From contig JAQBQP010000002.1 of NCBI GenBank assembly GCA_028286905.1, positions 56,971-120,970 of the forward strand: a DNA stretch of 64,000 bases. Direction: 5' to 3'. Below are positions 59,456 to 64,000 of the stretch, piece by piece; positions within the stretch are counted from its first letter, which is position 1; every line of letters starts with the position of its first letter. The DNA is from Candidatus Doudnabacteria bacterium. Lineage in GTDB: Bacteria; Patescibacteriota; Doudnabacteria; UBA920; VMFF01. A program made the translations under genes and the position numbers. A model generated the notes under the pieces. The model saw nothing but the letters and a program-made list of their open reading frames with translations, did no database searches and was not told the origin of the DNA.

Positions 59456-59926
59456 ATGAAAAGAACCGATAAAAAATCAAATTGCGCTATTAACTTTTCA
59501 CTAGAAGCTGTGGGTGATCCATGGTCGCTTCTAATCATCCGGGACATTGTCTATTTTGGGAAAAATACATATGGAGAGTTTTTGGCATCAGATGAACGTA
59601 TCGGCACGAACGTGCTAGCTCAAAGACTAATTGCTCTTGAAGAAAAAAAGATTATCACCAAAGTAACCAGCAAGTTCGATAGGCGAAAGGAAATTTATCA
59701 GCTTACGAATAAAGGCTTAGATTTGGTTCCAATTTTACTTGATTTGGCGGAGTGGGGTACAAAACATGACCCTAAAACCGAAGCATCTTTAGAATGGATA
59801 AAAGCAGTTCGTGCTAACAGAGCAACCATAATTAGTCGTATCAGAAATGTCTTAAAAAACGGCGGCTCAGTTTTAAAAAATTATAATAGTATCGTTTTGA
59901 AAGCGAAAAACACTAACTTTCGCTAA
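59456..59926 (+). CDS. HxlR-family regulator
   Basis: SNCAI, GDPWSLLIIRD, YQLT.KG.DL, EWG. Confidence 0.92.
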   Translation: MKRTDKKSNCAINFSLEAVGDPWSLLIIRDIVYFGKNTYGEFLASDERIGTNVLAQRLIALEEKKIITKVTSKFDRRKEIYQLTNKGLDLVPILLDLAEWGTKHDPKTEASLEWIKAVRANRATIISRIRNVLKNGGSVLKNYNSIVLKAKNTNFR

Positions 59927-59984
59927 TACGCTTTATTGTGCAAGTATGTGAAAGTGACTAGCTGTTTGTTTTTAATTTCGCACT

Positions 59985-60002
59985 ATGTTAGTATACTAAC
60001 AT
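59985..60002. promoter_or_regulatory. Putative MarR operator over the -10 box
   Basis: Perfect 18-bp palindrome ATGTTAGTATACTAACAT. Confidence 0.7.
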
Positions 60003-60003
60003 T

Positions 60004-60453
60004 ATGAAACTCTATTCCCGTAGAGACTCTACACCAGATCTGTTGCACAAATTAGTTCACGCAATGGACCGTTCGGCGGATGTAATACTCCAAAAACAAT
60101 TCGGTATTACCTACAAGCGCGCCTATTTCTTACTCGTCCTTCAGAGGGTCGGAACAGTGACTCAGCATCAGTTAGCGGTTGTACTGGGGTATAGCGCTGC
60201 TTCGGTGAGTACGATGCTAACCGCGCTTTCAAAATTAGGATACGTTGATATTCAGCCAAGCCCACACCATGGGCGGAAAAAGCTGGTGTCTCTCACTCCG
60301 TACGGCAAGGAACTGGTTACGAAAGGCCGAAATATGCTTAATGCACACTTCGCTAGTCTTATGCTCGGTGAGCACATGAATATCCAAGAATATTATGCCC
60401 AGACAGAGCGGTTATACTCAGCCGTAGTTGCAAAAAATAAGGAGCAAAAATGA
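60004..60453 (+). CDS. MarR-family regulator
   Basis: TQHQLA, SVSTML..L.K.GYV, RKKLVSLT.YG. Confidence 0.88.
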   Translation: MKLYSRRDSTPDLLHKLVHAMDRSADVILQKQFGITYKRAYFLLVLQRVGTVTQHQLAVVLGYSAASVSTMLTALSKLGYVDIQPSPHHGRKKLVSLTPYGKELVTKGRNMLNAHFASLMLGEHMNIQEYYAQTERLYSAVVAKNKEQK

Positions 60454-61286
60454 CTCAGAGCTTTGAACAAAATAGCTTCGTGTCATTCGATGGAACGAGT
60501 CTATCATACGAAAAGATTGGAGCTGGCCCAGCTGTAATAGTTGTTCCCGGCGCACTTGAAGAAACTGAAAACTTTCGAGGTTTTGCAGAAGAGTTGTCAC
60601 ACTTATTTACCGTTCATACTCTTGATCGCCGCGGCCACGGGAAAAGTGACCCACAGGGTGAAGGCTACTCAATTAATAAGGAATGCCAAGATATCCGTAC
60701 CTTGCAAGATCTCACAAAGGCAAAGTACCTTTTTGCCCATAGTTTTGGCGGATTTGCAGTTCTCGAGACAGCACGGAACAACCCAGAACTTATGGGAGTT
60801 GCTGTTTATGAACCCGGCATTTCAATTGATGGTTCAATCAATGTCAGATGGGTCGATCGGTGTCTCACTGAGATTGCTGCCGGTAAACTACACGATGCGT
60901 TTACCACATTTGCCCAAGGGGTTAACCCTCGGTCGGCCCTGATGCCACGATGGATCTTTAAGCGAGTTTTACGTCTTGCGTTGAAGCCAGCCGAACTAGC
61001 CCAAAAGTATCGTTTGCTCGCAACAGCTATTCCTGAGCATCTCGAAGAAGCCCGTTTGAACAACACTTATCAGAATTATCAGGAAATTAACGCACCAGTA
61101 CTACTGATGCGGGGGACTGGCGGTGTAATGTCTAAGCCAGCACTGGCGAAGCTAGCTTCTGCGATAACCAACGTTAAGGTTACGGAGTTCAAAGGTCTTG
61201 ATCACTTTGGGCCGGAACAAAAACCCAAAATTGTGGCCAATGTTGTGGCGAATTTCTTCGCGCAGGCTGGGCGAAAGTTTTTGTAA
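60450..61286 (+). CDS. Alpha/beta hydrolase
   Basis: SFDGTSLSY, LDRRGHGKS, AHSFGG, YEPG, DH. Confidence 0.9.
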   Translation: MTQSFEQNSFVSFDGTSLSYEKIGAGPAVIVVPGALEETENFRGFAEELSHLFTVHTLDRRGHGKSDPQGEGYSINKECQDIRTLQDLTKAKYLFAHSFGGFAVLETARNNPELMGVAVYEPGISIDGSINVRWVDRCLTEIAAGKLHDAFTTFAQGVNPRSALMPRWIFKRVLRLALKPAELAQKYRLLATAIPEHLEEARLNNTYQNYQEINAPVLLMRGTGGVMSKPALAKLASAITNVKVTEFKGLDHFGPEQKPKIVANVVANFFAQAGRKFL

Positions 61287-61386
61287 TCTCGAAAGGTTTT
61301 GTTGAAATAAAAAACACCAACAGTCGTTGATGTTTTTTATATTGGCTTGGGAGACGGATAATGTTAGAACTAAAGCTACCTAGTTT

Positions 61387-61959
61387 TTAATGGATTTTTT
61401 TGCCCGCTTGTAGCATAGCAAGTAGCTTATCTTGCCGACGCTTGCGAGTCTGCTCTGTTTTCGCAGTTACTAAACGCCAAGCAATAGCGTACGTATTGGT
61501 TTTATTTAGAGTATTAAAAAACTGCAAAGCTTTTGGGTATTTACGTAGTTCTTTTAAGAAATAGTCAGGGACTACCATTTGGCTCGGTTTGTCGTATGCA
61601 GCATCCCAACGGCCATCCGATTTCGCACGAGTAACTTCCTCTAAACCCGCTGGTGTCATCAAGCCCTCTTTGATCAGTTTTGATATTAGTTCTATGTTAC
61701 GTTTTGACCACAAACTCTTGCTTCGTCTTGGGGTAAATTTTTGGATGTATGAAAGTTTGTCGTATGTTTTCTTTTGGCCGTCAATCCAACCAAAGCACAA
61801 AGCTTGCTCTAAGGCTTCCTGATAGGAAACAGAAACAATCCCTGAGTCCTTTTTATATACTTGCATCCACAGGCCGTTTGTTTTAGAGTGATTTTTTATG
61901 AGCCATTTCCGCCACGTCTCAGTATCTTTAAAAGCTTTTATTGTATATTCTGTATCCAT
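61387..61959 (-). CDS. YdeI/OmpD-associated family protein
   Basis: ALCFGWIDG, FTPRR..S.WS..N, AKT..TR..R. Confidence 0.92.
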   Translation of the reverse strand: MDTEYTIKAFKDTETWRKWLIKNHSKTNGLWMQVYKKDSGIVSVSYQEALEQALCFGWIDGQKKTYDKLSYIQKFTPRRSKSLWSKRNIELISKLIKEGLMTPAGLEEVTRAKSDGRWDAAYDKPSQMVVPDYFLKELRKYPKALQFFNTLNKTNTYAIAWRLVTAKTEQTRKRRQDKLLAMLQAGKKIH

Positions 61960-62071
61960 AAAATAATAATAACAAAAAACACCTGCTCAAACCAGATGTC
62001 CTTTGTTGGCTAAATATGTTGAACGAAGTTAGAACTTATGAAATAGAGAAAATGACTTAAATAAAGTATTT

Positions 62072-62500
62072 TTATTTGTTTGAATAAAATTCAATTATCC
62101 ATTCAATACCATATTTATCTCTAAACATACCAAAATACGATCCCCAAGGACCATCATTCATTGGTACTTCAATTTCTCCGCCCGTAGAAAGACCATTAAA
62201 TAATCTGTCCGCCTCTTCTTTACTTTCCGTGCGTATTGAAATTTTACTTCTGTTTTCATTCTCATTAACTTCTTGCCCCATAATTTCTGGAACATCATTT
62301 GCCATTAGCATATCATTTTTACCAATGGATAAAGCAATAAGCATTATTTTATTTTGATCTTTTTCTGCTATAGGATATTCAGGATTTGCAAGATCTTTAA
62401 AACGTATTACTTTTGTAAAGTCTCCGCCGAATACTGACTTATAAAAAGTAAATGCCTCTTCAGCATTACCATTAAAGTTAATCCAAGGATTTATTGTCAT
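62072..62500 (-). CDS. VOC/PhnB family protein
   Basis: PWINFNGNAEEAF.FY.SVFGG, WGSYFG...DKYGIEW. Confidence 0.92.
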   Translation of the reverse strand: MTINPWINFNGNAEEAFTFYKSVFGGDFTKVIRFKDLANPEYPIAEKDQNKIMLIALSIGKNDMLMANDVPEIMGQEVNENENRSKISIRTESKEEADRLFNGLSTGGEIEVPMNDGPWGSYFGMFRDKYGIEWIIEFYSNK

Positions 62501-62719
62501 AATATTTAAATTATATTAATTTGATAGAGACATACAAAGTACCGGTGCTTTTAAAACATTATACATTCTAAGTGTGAAAACACCAACTTTAACGCTGATG
62601 TTATTGCTCCGGAGGTGTGCATGCCCGCTTCGCTATGCATTTCCTTTAAGAACATTGCCTTCAGGAACATAAATTACAGAAGTCAGATTCGGACCTTACG
62701 GCTCATCATACACCTAATA

Positions 62720-62756
62720 AAATTTAAAAGCACCATTGAATGGTGCTTTTAAATTT
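62720..62756 (-). terminator. Terminator hairpin abutting the tRNA-Asn CCA end
   Basis: AAATTTAAAAGCACCATT-G-AATGGTGCTTTTAAATTT. Confidence 0.85.
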
Positions 62757-62796
62757 GGCTCGGGAGGTGGGATTCGGACCCACGACCAATCGATTA

Positions 62797-63334
62797 CACG
62801 TATCCCTAAATTTCTCTAAGGGGTGGACTATATCATCATCCCACTTTTACTGGGATGCGAGGCGCTTCGGCCGATCTTCATCGGACTACTCCTTGCGGAT
62901 AGTCTCTGAACCTTCCCCAATTATAAGTCGGGGCTTGGCTGCTGATTGCCCCGAAGGGTTTCCAGCAATTCACCTCGTTTTTCCATCCTCAATTACTTGA
63001 AGAGGCTGCAATTAGACCGGCATGTATTTCTTTGTAACAGTTTGAGCAAATTAGAACGCATTTTTCTAACTCTTTTCGTGTTCTTTCCCACGATCGAGTC
63101 AGTCCACTAAGCGCAATTCCAAATTCTTTGGTTTTACGATCCAAGTGGTGAAATTCTAAAGCTGCTAGACATCTATCGTAGCACAGAGCTTGCACTTGCC
63201 GCCTTTTAAAGCGACGGCCATGGCTTTGATTTTCTTACGTCTCTTATCTACTGCCAGTTTGATATACTCTTTTCGGTCTGAATATTTTCTTTGTTCTTTC
63301 ATACTTTGATAGTATCAAAGAATTAGATGGTATT
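62797..63334 (-). ncRNA. Group I intron (538 nt) in the tRNA-Asn anticodon
   Basis: Exon ends in U and intron ends in G; P AATTGCTGG, Q AATCAGCAG, R TCAGAGACTA, S GATATAGTCC; P1 CUGU|AAU pairs with AUUGCAG. Confidence 0.93.
62989..63302 (-). pseudogene. Intron-encoded HNH endonuclease, frameshifted near 63182
   Basis: MKEQRKY...GGKCKLC then a one-base shift into YDRCLAALEFHH...KCVLICSNCYKEIH. Confidence 0.8.
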
Positions 63335-63471
63335 ACAGTCGATTGCTCTACCACTGAGCTACTCCCGAATATTCTGTTTTGAACCATAGAATCGGCCTAT
63401 TTGGCCGAAACTACTCGAATATTATTGCATTTCTTTTTGCTTAAGTCAACAAACCAAGTATAATAATTGAT

Positions 63472-64000
63472 ATGATCAAAGAAGAAATAGGCGATTTAAA
63501 AGGTTATCAGCTCTTGGACAGCGGCGATGGTGCCCGCTTGGAGAAATTTGGCGAATACGTTTTGCAAAAACCGGACCCTGCGGTACTTTGGACAAAGTCA
63601 CTTCCGGAATCTGAATGGAAAAAAGCTGACGCAATATATATAAGAGGCAGCGAGGACCGCGGCAACTGGAAAGTTCAAAATAAACAGATGCCCGAAAAAT
63701 GGACTTTGGATTATCAAATTCCTAATTCATCTAACCCAGAAGACAAAATTACTTTTTATGCAAAGTTAAACCCGTTTAAGCATACTGGTATTTTTCCTGA
63801 GCAAGCAGCAAACTGGGATTTTATTACCGAAAAACTACAAGCAGCAAAAAAGCAAAATAAAGAACTCAAAGTTTTAAACTTATTTGGTTACACCGGTATA
63901 GCCAGTGTTTTAGCGGCGAAACTTGGTGCGAAGGTTTCGCACGTCGACGCCTCCCGCCCTTCCTTGAATGACGCCAAAGAAAATATGCTGATGAGTGGTT
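63472..64000 (+). CDS. Class I SAM-dependent methyltransferase (RlmI/YwbD-like), runs off the window
   Basis: YQLLDSGDG.RLE.FG, FKHTGIFPEQA.NW, VLNLFGYTG, HVDAS. Confidence 0.88.
   Translation, partial: MIKEEIGDLKGYQLLDSGDGARLEKFGEYVLQKPDPAVLWTKSLPESEWKKADAIYIRGSEDRGNWKVQNKQMPEKWTLDYQIPNSSNPEDKITFYAKLNPFKHTGIFPEQAANWDFITEKLQAAKKQNKELKVLNLFGYTGIASVLAAKLGAKVSHVDASRPSLNDAKENMLMSG

Larger units (their letters stand above)
56937..62770 (+). repeat. Dispersed intergenic repeat family (copies at ~56937, 58543, 59906, 61309, 61974, 62577, 62720)
   Basis: AAAA(C/GT/GC)AC hairpin, in most copies followed by a TTG(G/A)CT tRNA-3'-like segment and/or GTTAGAA. Confidence 0.65.
62756..63368 (-). tRNA. tRNA-Asn(GTT), intron-containing; exons 63368-63335 and 62796-62756
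   Basis: Spliced: TCGGGAG TA GCTC AGTGGTA GAGC A ATCGA CTGT|TAA TCGAT TGGTC GTGGG TCCGAAT CCCAC CTCCCGA G CCA. Confidence 0.95.

Noticed and set aside
56937-62756. CRISPR array or classical integron
   Set aside because: Repeats are degenerate and separated by whole genes; no cas or intI gene; no clear attC RYYYAAC...GTTRRRY pairing seen
62740-63000. 86-aa plus-strand ORF
   Set aside because: Antisense to the tRNA exon and intron core

Overview
An AT-rich bacterial chromosomal window whose gene content and style suggest a Patescibacteria (CPR) genome, possibly from soil or another oxic habitat. The taxonomy is inferred, not proven. It opens with the 3' end of a 23S rRNA gene carrying a ~64-nt insertion, then 5S rRNA and tRNA-Ser(GGA)-dnaG-rpoD. 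A long accessory stretch follows: a putative copper cluster, a class F sortase with its substrate, an ECF sigma/MacAB locus, two-component systems, Ku-LigD, guaC, an EncFtn-like ferritin, cyoABCD plus a separate cyoE, and an LTA synthase-family gene. It ends with a tRNA-Asn(GTT) split by a group I intron that holds a frameshifted HNH ORF. Four signals stand out. (1) The bo3-type oxidase has both canonical K-channel residues replaced by Gln while the D-channel and metal ligands are intact. (2) A ~6-kb tandem array of small cargo modules sits downstream of tRNA-Asn, each separated by a related hairpin and often a degenerate copy of the tRNA 3' end, with no integrase in the window. (3) A Cys-rich, C-terminal KSPP arrest-peptide-like tail lies upstream of ycnI. 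(4) Leaderless-type promoters are pervasive. All calls come from reading motifs by eye; no searches were run.
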